The position numbers and the translations under genes are program-made. Positions 13,535 to 23,334 of a stretch of 64,000 nucleotides of DNA are shown here, one piece after another (within the stretch, counting starts at the first letter, position 1; every line of letters begins with the position of its first letter). The notes below the pieces were generated by a model. The model saw only the letters and a program-made list of their open reading frames with translations. It was not told the DNA's origin and searched no databases. Origin of the DNA: Candidatus Eiseniibacteriota bacterium (lineage in GTDB: Bacteria > Eisenbacteria > RBG-16-71-46); NCBI GenBank assembly GCA_044223005.1, contig JBGAML010000004.1, forward strand, positions 96,001-160,000, given 5' to 3'.

Positions 13535-15382
13535 ATGTCCATCCGTCGACTCGCCGTGGGGATCGTGATGCTGCTGGCGGGGCTTCTCGCCGGGAGCCGC
13601 GCCGACGCGCGCCCCGCGGGCGCCGCGGGCGGCTATCCCCGGCTCGGCCTCTACGGCTCGATCCACGGCAACGGCTCGCCCTACTGGGCCGCGCCGGCGG
13701 ACACGACGATGGACGCGGCGCTGCTGGACCAGATCGCGCGCTACGACTTCGTGATCATCGACGTGAACCCGATCACGCCGTACCGCCCGGCGTTCCTCGA
13801 CGAACTCCGCCACCGCAATCCCGACATCCGGGTCGTCGCCTACATCACCGCCGGTTACTCGTGGCCCGTCGAGGACCCCGATTCCGCGAACCACGTCCCG
13901 ACGCGCTACCGGCACCTGGTCCGCAACCTCGGCGGGTTCCTCTACAACTCGGTCGACGGTTCCGAATTCCCGGGCACCAACATCAACCTCGCCAAGCGCG
14001 ACGCCAACGGCCGGTTCGTGGTCGCCGAGGGCATCGCCGACCTGTTCGCGAGCGCGATCCTCGGCGGCGGCCCGTGGGACGGCATGTTTCTCGACGTCTT
14101 CTGCAGCGACCTCGCGTGGATGCAGGACGCGACGCACCGGATCGACTACGTGCGCGCCGGGTATCCGTCGCTCGCCGCGCTCGAGACCGCCTGGGCGGCC
14201 GCGACCGACACGCTCGCGCGGCGGCTGCGGCGCGAGGCACCGCCGGGCGCGATCCTCGTCGGCAACTGCGGCACGAGCAACCACCACGACGTGCTGAACG
14301 GCTGGATGCGCGAGAACTTCCCGTACCAGAGCGGCGGCACGTGGTACACGAACGTGATCGCGGACCCGCACGGCTACCTCGCGGACGATCGCGACTACCA
14401 GGCGACTTCGCACAACCAGCTCTTCAGCATCGTCGTCGGCGGCGCGAGCCAGCCGTACTCGGCGACCAACACCCACCGCGTGCGCTACGGACTCGCGTCC
14501 GCGGCGCTGGGGAGCGGCTACGCGCCGTTCGGGCCGTCGGACCGCAATTCGGAGACGGCGCCGTACCACACGTGGTGGTACGACGAGTACGCGGTGGACC
14601 TCGTCACGGGCCACACCGCGACCGATCTCGCGCATACGCACTGGCTGGGAATGCCGCGCACCGGGCCGTTCCAGATGATCTGGGCCGGCACGAACACCGA
14701 CGCGGTCACGAACCCGGAGTTCGAGACCAGCCTCGCGGGCTGGAACTTCGGCGTCTTCGCGCCCGCGACGGCGACGCTCACGCGCGACGCCTCGACGGCC
14801 GCGAGCGGCGCCACGAGCGCGCACGTCGCGATCGCGACCCCGGGCGTGAACCCGTGGGACGTGAATCTCGCCACCACACAGACGCTGGCGATGTCGGCGG
14901 GAGGGACCTACGCCGCGACCTTCTGGGTCAAGGCCTCGGCGCCGCGCACGATCACGGTGACGGCGACGCTGCTCGCGGGCGGCGAGCTCGCGAGCCGGCC
15001 CCTCGCGGTCGACACCGCGTGGCAGCACGTGCAGGTCATCCTGCAGCCGGCCTCGTCCGCGAACGCGGTGCTCGAGTTCTTCATGGGGCAGCAGGCGGGC
15101 GACGTGTGGTTCGACGACGTCCACTTCCAACAGGGCTCGACCAGCATCTGGCGCCGCGACTTCGACAACGGCATCGTGCTGGTCAATCCCTCGAGCTCGG
15201 CGCTTTCCGTTCCGTTGGGCGGGACGTTCCGCCGCATCCTGGGCACCGCCGACCCGGCCGTGAACGATGGCACCACGCTCACGACCGCCACCGTTCCCGC
15301 CGGGGACGGGCTGTTCCTGATCCGCACCACCAGCGATTCGATCCCCCCCGCGAACATCCAGGACGCCCGCGTCCTGCCCTAG
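13535..15382 (+). CDS. Secreted putative glycoside hydrolase with CBM4/9-like module
   Basis: Signal peptide; WDGMFLDVF, WWYDEY; NPEFET...FWVKA...VWFDDV CBM-like segment; WRRDFDNGIVLVNP. Confidence 0.7.
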   Translation: MSIRRLAVGIVMLLAGLLAGSRADARPAGAAGGYPRLGLYGSIHGNGSPYWAAPADTTMDAALLDQIARYDFVIIDVNPITPYRPAFLDELRHRNPDIRVVAYITAGYSWPVEDPDSANHVPTRYRHLVRNLGGFLYNSVDGSEFPGTNINLAKRDANGRFVVAEGIADLFASAILGGGPWDGMFLDVFCSDLAWMQDATHRIDYVRAGYPSLAALETAWAAATDTLARRLRREAPPGAILVGNCGTSNHHDVLNGWMRENFPYQSGGTWYTNVIADPHGYLADDRDYQATSHNQLFSIVVGGASQPYSATNTHRVRYGLASAALGSGYAPFGPSDRNSETAPYHTWWYDEYAVDLVTGHTATDLAHTHWLGMPRTGPFQMIWAGTNTDAVTNPEFETSLAGWNFGVFAPATATLTRDASTAASGATSAHVAIATPGVNPWDVNLATTQTLAMSAGGTYAATFWVKASAPRTITVTATLLAGGELASRPLAVDTAWQHVQVILQPASSANAVLEFFMGQQAGDVWFDDVHFQQGSTSIWRRDFDNGIVLVNPSSSALSVPLGGTFRRILGTADPAVNDGTTLTTATVPAGDGLFLIRTTSDSIPPANIQDARVLP

Positions 15383-15635
15383 CGCTCCCGCCCGAATCGG
15401 TACCGCGCCCGCCGCATCGAACGGCGAACGAGCCGTGTTGGGCGGCCGGGGTGCATGGGTCCGGTTGACACCCTGAAAAAGGTGTTGGGACACACGTACC
15501 GTTTCGAACGCCCCCTCGCGTGTGCTACCGTTCCCCGTCCGTCCGCCGGACGGATGCTCCCATCGGCTCGCGCCCCGGGTTCCGGGACCTCCCGCCGCGC
15601 GCGCGGCCGCTCGATTCCCGTCGAGGATGCCCCGC

Positions 15636-16562
15636 ATGGTGTCTTCCCGCGCGTTCCAGCTCGCCGCGCGACTCGCCACCAGCACTGCAGCGCTCATGTT
15701 CGGCCTCATCGTCGTCGGATCGGTCGTGCGAACGACCGGATCCGGCCTCGCGTGCCCGGACTGGCCGCTCTGTCATGGCCGGCTGATCCCGCCGTTCCAG
15801 TTCAACATTTTCATGGAGTGGCTCCACCGCCTGATCGCCCTGTGCGTCGGGCTGCTCCTGTTCGCGACGGCCGGGACCATCGCGAGCCGCCGCGAGACGC
15901 GCGAGCGCCTCGGCGGGCTGGCCGTGCTGGCCGTGGTGCTCTACTTCACACAGGCCCTGCTCGGCGCCCTCACCGTCTGGAAGCTGCTCGACCCCTCGGT
16001 CGTGAGCGGCCACCTCGCGGTCGGCCTGCTGCTCTTCACGACGCTGCTGCTGACCGCCCTGGTCGCGCGGCGTGAGACCGCGCCCGCACCGGCCGGCCGC
16101 CGGCCGCCGGGACTGCTGCCGCTGGTCGCGACCGCGACGTTCCTGGCCTACGGGCAGGCGGTGCTCGGCGGCATGGTGAGCACGAACCACGCGGGGCTCG
16201 CGTGCCCCGACTGGCCGACCTGCAACGGCGAGTGGTTCCCGGCGATGTCGGGCCTCGTCGGGCTGCAGATGGCCCACCGCTTCGGCGGCTACGCGCTCAC
16301 GCTGGCGCTGTTCGTGGTCGCGAGCCTGTCCGGCCGCGCGCCCGATCCGGCCGCGGCGCTGCTGCCGCGTGTCGCGGCAGCGCTGGTCGTGCTGCAGGTC
16401 GCCCTCGGCGTGATCAACGTGGCGCTCGGGCTGCCCGTCTGGGTGTCCGCGCTCCACCTCGGCAACGCCACCGCGATCCTCGCCTGCATGGTGATCACGA
16501 CGTTCCGCCTGGCGGCGCTGCCCGCCACGCAGGCCGCGTGGTCCGGAGCGGAGGCCCGATGA
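15636..16562 (+). CDS. ctaA: Heme A synthase (COX15/CtaA)
   Basis: Duplicated GLACPDWP-C motif; EWLHR and QMAHR heme ligands. Confidence 0.92.
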   Translation: MVSSRAFQLAARLATSTAALMFGLIVVGSVVRTTGSGLACPDWPLCHGRLIPPFQFNIFMEWLHRLIALCVGLLLFATAGTIASRRETRERLGGLAVLAVVLYFTQALLGALTVWKLLDPSVVSGHLAVGLLLFTTLLLTALVARRETAPAPAGRRPPGLLPLVATATFLAYGQAVLGGMVSTNHAGLACPDWPTCNGEWFPAMSGLVGLQMAHRFGGYALTLALFVVASLSGRAPDPAAALLPRVAAALVVLQVALGVINVALGLPVWVSALHLGNATAILACMVITTFRLAALPATQAAWSGAEAR

Positions 16563-17461
16563 GCGTCGCGCTCGCCCGCACCAGCACCCGCGCCACGCTC
16601 GGCGCGTGGCTCGAGCTGACCAAGCCGCGCATCGTGCTGCTCGTGCTCTTCACGGGCCTTCCCGCGGTGCTGCTGGCCGCGAACGGCATGCCCTCGGCGC
16701 GCGTCTTCTGGAGCGCCGGCATCGGCATCGCGCTCTCGGCGGCGTCGGCCGCCGCGTTCAATCACTACTTCGACCGCGACCTCGACGCGCTCATGCGGCG
16801 CACGCGGCTTCGGCCGCTGCCCTCGGGCCGGCTGTCGCCGCCTGCCGCGCTGACGCTGGGCTTCGCGCTCGGCTGGATCGCGTGGACCGTGCTCTCGGTC
16901 GGCTGCAATCCGCTCGCGGGCGTGTTGGCGATGGCGAACATCGCCTACTACTCCGTCGTCTACACCGTCTGGCTCAAGCGCCGCACTCCGCTCAACATCG
17001 TGATCGGCGGCGGCGCCGGCGCCTCGGCGCCGCTCATCGCGTGGGCCGCGGTGACCGGCCGCATCGAGCTGCCCGCCGTCCTGCTCGCGGGCATCGTGTT
17101 CCTGTGGACGCCGCCGCACTTCTGGGCGCTCTCGCTCTACCGCCGGGACGACTACCAGCTCGCCGGCATCCCGATGCTCCCCGTGACGCACGGCGAGCCC
17201 GAGACGCGGCGGCAGATCCTGCTCTACTCGCTGGTGCTCGTGCCGGGGACGCTCGTCGTGGCCCCGCTCGCGGGCCTGGGGCTGCTGTACGTGTCGGTGG
17301 CGTCGGTGCTCGGCGCCGTGTTCATCGCTCTCGCCGTGCAGCTCTACCGCCGTGGCGGCACGCCGGACGCCGTGCGGCTGTTCCGTTTCAGCATCCTGTA
17401 CCTGTTCGTTCTCTACCTCGTCATGACCGCGGACGCCGTGATCCGCATGCGCGCGGCGTGA
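16559..17461 (+). CDS. ctaB: Heme O synthase (protoheme IX farnesyltransferase)
   Basis: LTKPRI, DRDLDALMRRTRLRPLPSG, LKRRTP, WTPPHFWAL. Confidence 0.95.
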   Translation: MSVALARTSTRATLGAWLELTKPRIVLLVLFTGLPAVLLAANGMPSARVFWSAGIGIALSAASAAAFNHYFDRDLDALMRRTRLRPLPSGRLSPPAALTLGFALGWIAWTVLSVGCNPLAGVLAMANIAYYSVVYTVWLKRRTPLNIVIGGGAGASAPLIAWAAVTGRIELPAVLLAGIVFLWTPPHFWALSLYRRDDYQLAGIPMLPVTHGEPETRRQILLYSLVLVPGTLVVAPLAGLGLLYVSVASVLGAVFIALAVQLYRRGGTPDAVRLFRFSILYLFVLYLVMTADAVIRMRAA

Positions 17462-17493
17462 AGACCCCACGCGGTTCCCGTCCACGCGGGAAC

Positions 17494-18153
17494 ATGGAGG
17501 GTGCATTGCTCAAGTCCGTCTACGGAGTCCTGCTCGCCGGTGCGGTCGCACTGGGGCTCCTCGCGGGTTGCGGCGGCAAGATGTCGACGGCCGAACGCGG
17601 CGCGATGGTGTTCCGCACCTGCACGCCCTGCCACGGTGACAACGGCGGCGGCAACGAATCGCTGCGCGCACCCGCGATCGCGGGGCTCCCGGAGTGGTAT
17701 GTCGCCCGGCAGCTGACCAACTTCGCGAAGGACGTCCGCGGCGCGAATCCCGACGACATGGAAGGGCACCGCATGCGCCCCATGGCGCGGACGCTCTACC
17801 ACCCCGGCGATCTCGAGGCGGTGGCCGCGTACGTCGCGAAGCTGCCCGCGGTGCCGGCGCCGCCGACCTACGCGTACGGCGACAAGGAGAACGGCCAGCA
17901 GCGTTACAGCACCATCTGCGTCACGTGCCACATGCCGGACGGCAAGGGCAATCCGGCCGTCGGCTCGCCGAAGCTGGTGGGGCAGTGGGACTGGTACCTG
18001 ATGGCACAGCTGCAGAAGTTCCACAGCGGCATGCGCGGCACGCATCCCGACGACACGTTCGGCGCGCAGATGCGCGCGATGTCGCTCACGCTCGAAGACT
18101 CGACGGCCATGCACAACGTCGTCGCGTACATCAAGACCCTTCCCACGAACTGA
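17494..18153 (+). CDS. Diheme cytochrome c4-like lipoprotein
   Basis: Lipobox LAGC; heme motifs CTPCH and CVTCH. Start could instead be TTG near 17507. Confidence 0.85.
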   Translation: MEGALLKSVYGVLLAGAVALGLLAGCGGKMSTAERGAMVFRTCTPCHGDNGGGNESLRAPAIAGLPEWYVARQLTNFAKDVRGANPDDMEGHRMRPMARTLYHPGDLEAVAAYVAKLPAVPAPPTYAYGDKENGQQRYSTICVTCHMPDGKGNPAVGSPKLVGQWDWYLMAQLQKFHSGMRGTHPDDTFGAQMRAMSLTLEDSTAMHNVVAYIKTLPTN

Positions 18154-18166
18154 CGAGGAGACGCCC

Positions 18167-18289
18167 ATGGCGGATCACAGCGACCGTCCGACCGACGATT
18201 GGGGCAGCGCCGTCGGCAAGTGGACCTTCATCCTGACCGTGGTGCTCGCGGCACTCTACGTGGCGGCCGTGGCCGTCTACGTGCGCTGA
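18167..18289 (+). CDS. 40-aa single-TM protein in the oxidase operon (not in the ORF track)
   Basis: GAGGAG RBS; MADHSDRPTDDWGSAVGKWTFILTVVLAALYVAAVAVYVR; fills the gap between cytochrome c and subunit II. Confidence 0.75.
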   Translation: MADHSDRPTDDWGSAVGKWTFILTVVLAALYVAAVAVYVR

Positions 18290-18303
18290 GGGGATCGGAG
18301 CCG

Positions 18304-19050
18304 ATGCTCGAATACTTCAACCATCCCGCCTCCAGCTACGCGAGCAGCATCGACCACCTGAACTGGTTGATCACGGTCCTGGTCGGTTTCTGGTTCATCG
18401 CGGCCGAGGCCATGTTCTTCTGGCTCATCTTCCGCTTCCGTGCGCGTGACGGCGTGCGCAGCCAGTACATCACGGGCAAGGAGAAGCACCTCAAGAACTG
18501 GATCAACGTCCCGCACGGCATCGTGCTCGTGTTCGACGTCGTGATCGTGATCGCGGCGATCCGCGTCTGGTACACGGTCAAGCAGTACCTGCCGCCGGCC
18601 GACCGCACCGTGCAGATCATGTCGCAGCAGTGGGCGTGGACGTTCACGGATCCCGGTCCCGACGGGGTGCTCGGCAACGCCGACGACATCCGCACGACCG
18701 ACGAGCTGCACATGGAGGTCGACAAGACCTACCACTTCACGCTCGAATCGAAGGACGTCGTGCACAGCTTCTTCGTTCCCGCGTTCCGCGTGAAGCAGGA
18801 CGCCATGCCCGGCCGCGCGTACACGGGCTGGGTGAAGCCGACGAAGACCGGGACGTACGACATCGCGTGCACGCAGATCTGCGGCATCGGGCACGGCGTC
18901 ATGGGTGCCAAGCTCGTCGTCGAGACCGCCGAGGAGCACGCCGCCTGGATGCAGCAGCATGCCGCGCAGACCGCCGATGCGGCGCCCGCCGAGACGTCCA
19001 CCGAAAGCGCCACCACCACGCCCGTCGCCGAGACGGCCGCGACGAAATGA
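18304..19050 (+). CDS. coxB: Cytochrome c oxidase subunit II
   Basis: QQWAW, DVVHSF, CuA motif CTQICGIGHGVM. Confidence 0.93.
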   Translation: MLEYFNHPASSYASSIDHLNWLITVLVGFWFIAAEAMFFWLIFRFRARDGVRSQYITGKEKHLKNWINVPHGIVLVFDVVIVIAAIRVWYTVKQYLPPADRTVQIMSQQWAWTFTDPGPDGVLGNADDIRTTDELHMEVDKTYHFTLESKDVVHSFFVPAFRVKQDAMPGRAYTGWVKPTKTGTYDIACTQICGIGHGVMGAKLVVETAEEHAAWMQQHAAQTADAAPAETSTESATTTPVAETAATK

Positions 19051-19061
19051 CGGGGAGCGAC

Positions 19062-20768
19062 ATGGCCCACCACGCCGACAGCCACGCCCACGCCGACGCG
19101 CACGGCGCGCATCACGACGAGGGCTGGTTCAAGAAGTACTTCTGGTCGACGGACCACAAGATCATCGCCATGCAGTACCTGTTCACCGGCATGTTCATGG
19201 CGACCATCGGTGCGTTCATGGCCTACGCGTTCCGCATGCAGCTCGCCTTCCCCGGGCAGTCCGTCCCGGGCTTCGGCGTCGTCTCGCCGGGCGAGTACAA
19301 CATGCTGGTCACGAACCACGGCAGCATCATGATCTTCTGGGTCGCGATGCCCGTGCTGATCGCGGCGTTCGGCAACTTCCTGATTCCGCTCATGATCGGC
19401 GCGGACGACATGGTGTTCCCGCGCCTGAACCGGCTCAGCTACCAGATGTTCTTCGTCAGCGTGCTGATCCTGTTCGCGTCGCTGGTCGTGCAGAACGGCG
19501 GCTTCGGCGGCGCGTGGACGGCCTACCCGCCGCTGTCCGCGAACAAGCTCTACAACCTGACGCCCCTGGGTTCGTCGCTCTGGCTGCTCGCCGTGGCGCT
19601 GGAGTTCGTGGCGTTCCTGCTCGGCGGCATCAACTTCATCGTCACCGCGATGAACTCCCGCGCGCCCGGCATGAAGGCGTTCGACGTCCCGATCGTGGTC
19701 TGGACCATCGTGATCGCCAGCATCATGTTCATGGCGTCGGTCGGTCCGCTCATCGCCGGCGCGGTGATGCTGCTGTTCGACCAGATGATCGGCACCAGCT
19801 TCTTCAACCCGAACCGCGGCGGCGACCCGATCCTCTGGCAGCACCTGTTCTGGTTCTTCGGGCACCCCGAGGTCTACGTCGTGCTGCTGCCGGCGATGGG
19901 CATCGTCGCCGAGGTGATGGCCGTCTTCGCGCGCAAGAAGCTGTTCGCCTACAAGACGATCATCTACACGGTCATCGCCACGTGCGTGCTCAGCTTCTTC
20001 GTGTGGGCGCACCACCAGTTCGTGGCCGGCATCGACCCGCGCATGGCGAACATCTTCACCGTGACGACGGTGCTGATCTCGATCCCGATCGCCGAGATGT
20101 GCTTCGTGTACATCGCCACGCTCTACGGCGGCTCGATCCGGTTCACGACGCCGATGCTCTGGGCGCTCGCGTTCATGGCCGAGTTCCTGATCGGTGGCGT
20201 GACCGGCATCTACCTGGGCGCGAGCGGTCTGGACATCTACTTCCACGACACCTATTTCGTGATCGCGCACTTCCACTACACGTTCTTCCCGATCGCGATC
20301 ATCGCCGTGATGTCGGGCCTGACGTTCTGGTACCCCAAGATGTTCGGCCGGCACCTGAACGAGTTCTGGGGCAAGGTGCACTTCTGGGGCACCGTGATCC
20401 CGTTCAACGGCATCTTCATCCCGCTCTTCATCCTGGGCGCGGCGGGCGAGCACCGGCGCATCTTCGACTACCACAACTTCCCGCACCTCGCGACGCCCGA
20501 GCTGCAGGCGCTGCGCATCTTCGCGACGGTCTCGCTGATCGTGATGCTCGCGTTCCAGCCCGTCTTCATCGTGAACTTCATCGCGAGCATGTTCCGCGGC
20601 CGCAAGTCGGACGCGAATCCGTGGAAGGCGAACACGCTCGAGTGGAGCGCCGATTCGCCGCCGCCGCACGGCAACTGGCCCGTGCTGCCCGAATGCCACC
20701 GTGGCCCCTACGAGTACAGCGTTCCGGGGCGCGAGCTCGACTACTGGCCCCAGAACGAGAAGGCCTGA
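19062..20768 (+). CDS. coxA: Cytochrome c oxidase subunit I (A-family)
   Basis: STDHKII, DMVFPRLN, WFFGHPEVY, WAHH, HDTYFVIAHFHY. Confidence 0.96.
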   Translation: MAHHADSHAHADAHGAHHDEGWFKKYFWSTDHKIIAMQYLFTGMFMATIGAFMAYAFRMQLAFPGQSVPGFGVVSPGEYNMLVTNHGSIMIFWVAMPVLIAAFGNFLIPLMIGADDMVFPRLNRLSYQMFFVSVLILFASLVVQNGGFGGAWTAYPPLSANKLYNLTPLGSSLWLLAVALEFVAFLLGGINFIVTAMNSRAPGMKAFDVPIVVWTIVIASIMFMASVGPLIAGAVMLLFDQMIGTSFFNPNRGGDPILWQHLFWFFGHPEVYVVLLPAMGIVAEVMAVFARKKLFAYKTIIYTVIATCVLSFFVWAHHQFVAGIDPRMANIFTVTTVLISIPIAEMCFVYIATLYGGSIRFTTPMLWALAFMAEFLIGGVTGIYLGASGLDIYFHDTYFVIAHFHYTFFPIAIIAVMSGLTFWYPKMFGRHLNEFWGKVHFWGTVIPFNGIFIPLFILGAAGEHRRIFDYHNFPHLATPELQALRIFATVSLIVMLAFQPVFIVNFIASMFRGRKSDANPWKANTLEWSADSPPPHGNWPVLPECHRGPYEYSVPGRELDYWPQNEKA

Positions 20769-20779
20769 GGAGACCACCC

Positions 20780-21349
20780 GTGAGACCGATCGCGACGACC
20801 CGCAGCGCCATGGGCATCCCCACGGGCCGACTGGCCGTGTGGTGGGTCCTGGTATCCGAAATCGTCATCTTCGGCGGCCTCCTGGCGGCCTACGTGATGA
20901 ACCGCGTGTCGCACCTGGAATGGGGCACGCAGGCCGCGCACACGAACACGTGGGCGGGCGCGTTCAACACGCTCGTGCTGCTGACCTCGAGCCTCTCGGC
21001 CGTGCTCGCGCACCAGGCGGCCGAACGCGGCGACGGGCCGAAGGCCGCGCGCTTCCTCTACTTCACGTGCCTGGGCGGCTGCCTGTTCCTGGTCGTGAAG
21101 GCATTCGAGTGGTCGCACGAGATCATGGAAGGCTTCACGATCCAGTCGGGCGGTTTCTGGTCGTACTACTACACGGCCGCGGGCCTGCACGCGTTCCACG
21201 TGATCGCCGGCATGGGCGTCATGCTCTGGGTCGCCTCGAGCGCGAAGCGCAACGAGGACCTGCACCGCGTCGAGAACGTCGGGATCTACTGGCACTTCGT
21301 CGACATCGTCTGGATCTTCCTGTTCCCGCTGCTGTACATCGCCAAGTAG
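20780..21349 (+). CDS. coxC: Cytochrome c oxidase subunit III
   Basis: SEIVIFGG, NTLVLLTSS, GLHAFHV, YWHFVDIVW. Confidence 0.9.
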   Translation: MRPIATTRSAMGIPTGRLAVWWVLVSEIVIFGGLLAAYVMNRVSHLEWGTQAAHTNTWAGAFNTLVLLTSSLSAVLAHQAAERGDGPKAARFLYFTCLGGCLFLVVKAFEWSHEIMEGFTIQSGGFWSYYYTAAGLHAFHVIAGMGVMLWVASSAKRNEDLHRVENVGIYWHFVDIVWIFLFPLLYIAK

Positions 21350-21362
21350 GCCGGAGGCTCGC

Positions 21363-21740
21363 ATGTCCGCTCATGCCGATACGCACCATCACGTGAACTA
21401 CGTGAAGATCTGGGGGATCCTCGTGGTCCTCCTGGTCGTCAGCGTCGTCGGTCCCATGCTCGGGATCCGGCTCGTGACGCTGTTCGCGGCCTTCGGGATC
21501 GCGCTCATCAAGGCCTACATGGTCGCGAAGAACTTCATGCACCTGGACGTGGAGAAGAAGTTCGTCCACTGGTCGCTGGCGCTCGCGCTGGTGTTCATGG
21601 TGCTGCTGTACGCGGGCGTCTCGCCCGACGTCGGTCGCGACTCGGGGCAGCGCTGGGTGAAGGGCGCGGGCTGGCACCACCTGCCGCCCTCGCACGAGAA
21701 GGCCGAAGCGGGAGGGGAGTCGGGTGAGGCTGGCCACTGA
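21363..21740 (+). CDS. Cytochrome c oxidase subunit IV family
   Basis: YVKIWGIL...IKAYMVAKNFMHL; three TM segments. Confidence 0.85.
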   Translation: MSAHADTHHHVNYVKIWGILVVLLVVSVVGPMLGIRLVTLFAAFGIALIKAYMVAKNFMHLDVEKKFVHWSLALALVFMVLLYAGVSPDVGRDSGQRWVKGAGWHHLPPSHEKAEAGGESGEAGH

Positions 21741-22311
21741 GCCGGCCGCGGCGGCGCCGCGGCGGCGATTCGGCGAGAACGGCGCGCTGGGCATGGCGCT
21801 GTTCGTGTTCACCGAGGTGATGCTGTTCGCCGGGTTCATCTCGGCGTTCGCCATCGTGAAGAGCTCGGTCGCGCCCGGCCTCTGGCCGCCGCCCGACCAG
21901 CCGCGGCTGCCGGTCGAGCGCACGCTGGTCAACACCGCCGCGCTGCTCGCGAGCGGCATCGCGCTCTGGCTCGCGGGCCGCGCCCGCACGCGCGGCGACG
22001 CCGCCGGCGCCTCGCGCGGCATGGGGCTCGCGCTGCTGCTGGGCACCACGTTCGTCGCGCTGCAGGGCGCCGAATGGGCGGGCCTGCTGCGCCAGGGGCT
22101 CACGCTCACCTCGAGCCAGCTCGGATCGTTCTTCTACGTGATCATCGGCGCGCACGCGCTGCACGCCGTGGGCGCCATCATCGGGCTCGCGATCGCGTGG
22201 CGGCTGCAGGTCGCCGGCCGGCTCGCGCCGGGGCGGTTCGCCGCCGTGTCGATGTTCTGGTACTTCGTCGTGCTCGTGTGGCCGTTCCTCTACTGGAAGG
22301 TCTACCGGTGA
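21724..22311 (+). CDS. Second subunit III-like protein
   Basis: GMALFVFTEVMLF, NTAALLASG, GAHALH, FWYFVVLVW. Confidence 0.85.
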   Translation: MRLATEPAAAAPRRRFGENGALGMALFVFTEVMLFAGFISAFAIVKSSVAPGLWPPPDQPRLPVERTLVNTAALLASGIALWLAGRARTRGDAAGASRGMGLALLLGTTFVALQGAEWAGLLRQGLTLTSSQLGSFFYVIIGAHALHAVGAIIGLAIAWRLQVAGRLAPGRFAAVSMFWYFVVLVWPFLYWKVYR

Positions 22312-22586
22312 ACGCGCGAATCCGCATGGGGCGCGCGGCGTTCGGCGCGCTCGCGCTGGCCGCGCTGCCGCATGTCGCGCTGGCGTGCGCCGTGTGCACC
22401 ACGGCGAGCAACGAGCGGACGCGGAAGGCGTTCTTCGACACGACGATCTTCCTCTCGCTGCTGCCGCTCGGACTCGCCGCGGTGTGCCTCGTGTGGCTCG
22501 CCCGCAAGGGACGCGACGTGCTGAGGAGCGAGTTCGAGGAGCGCGAGGACGCGGTGGTGCCCGCGCCGGAGACGCCGCGGAGCTGA
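22308..22586 (+). CDS. Small membrane protein with CxxC, end of cox operon
   Basis: ALACAVC after a signal-like segment, then one TM; GTGA overlap. Confidence 0.65.
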   Translation: MNARIRMGRAAFGALALAALPHVALACAVCTTASNERTRKAFFDTTIFLSLLPLGLAAVCLVWLARKGRDVLRSEFEEREDAVVPAPETPRS

Positions 22587-22814
22587 TCCGCTTCCGCGAT
22601 TCGCGAGTCGCGTCGCGGTTCTCGTCACGCGCGCGATCGCACGCGGAATCGCGACGCAGATCGCGCCACGCACGCTGAGCTCGTGCGCGATCCACTCAAG
22701 GGTCCGCTTCGCGTGCCGACACTGGAGCCATCGTTCCGCGCGACCCCTCGGTGGGGCCCCCGACGCGCGGAGGTCTCGTGCCCGGCGTTCCATCGCCGGG
22801 GTTCCGGCGGTCAC

Positions 22815-23135
22815 ATGGCGACGCGCAGGACCAACTGTTGGGAGTTCCATCGCTGCGGACTCGAACCCGGCGGGGCGAACGCGGAGAAACACGGCGTCTG
22901 CCCCGCGGCCATCGCCGGACCCCATGACGGCACCAACGGCGGCTTCGCCCGCGGACGCTGCTGCTGGCTGGTGCCGGGCACGCTGTGCCCGAGGCTGGAG
23001 CGCGTCACGAACCGCCTCGCCTCGCGCCTGCGCCACTGCCTGGGGTGCGAGTTCCTGCAGGCCGTCGACGGCGAGGAGGGCCGCGCGTTCGTGCTGCTGC
23101 CCCCCGTCGGCGCGGAGCTCGACCGGACGGGGTAG
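22815..23135 (+). CDS. Two-CW-domain Cys-rich protein
   Basis: NCWEFHRCG...CPA...GRCCWLVPGTLC...CLGCEF. Confidence 0.75.
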   Translation: MATRRTNCWEFHRCGLEPGGANAEKHGVCPAAIAGPHDGTNGGFARGRCCWLVPGTLCPRLERVTNRLASRLRHCLGCEFLQAVDGEEGRAFVLLPPVGAELDRTG

Positions 23136-23192
23136 GGGCGGCGCTCCGAGCGGCCGGGAGGCGGCCGGGCAACGATCCCCGGGCCCAAACGA

Positions 23193-23220
23193 AAGAGCCC
23201 CGGCTTTCGCCGAGGCTCTT
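23193..23220 (-). terminator. Original host terminator of the tRNA-Met gene
   Basis: AAGAGCCCCGGC-tttc-GCCGAGGCTCTT directly downstream (minus sense) of the displaced tRNA 3' fragment. Confidence 0.7.
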
Positions 23221-23227
23221 CGGAAGA

Positions 23228-23278
23228 TTGGTAGCGGGGGCTGGATTTGAACCAGCGACCTTCGGGTTATGAGCCCGA
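23228..23278 (-). repeat. att core: displaced 3' part of tRNA-Met, 51-bp direct repeat
   Basis: Identical to 63149-63199 (TTGGTAGCGGGGGCTGGATTTGAACCAGCGACCTTCGGGTTATGAGCCCGA). Confidence 0.97.
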
Positions 23279-23334
23279 AGAGCCCATCGCTCGATCGGAG
23301 AGCAGAATGCGGCCTGTCTGCTGTGCAGGCTGAG

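Noticed and set aside
12245..15709. Very long overlapping or antisense ORFs here and across the window
   Set aside because: Arg/Ala/Pro-rich shadow frames expected at high GC; real starts were reassigned from motifs and RBS.
22590..22690. TCGCG/CGCGA-rich palindromic stretch after the cox operon
   Set aside because: No regular period or unit; consistent with high-GC intergenic sequence.
23228..23278. Second tRNA gene
   Set aside because: Only the 3' part is present; it is the att duplication.
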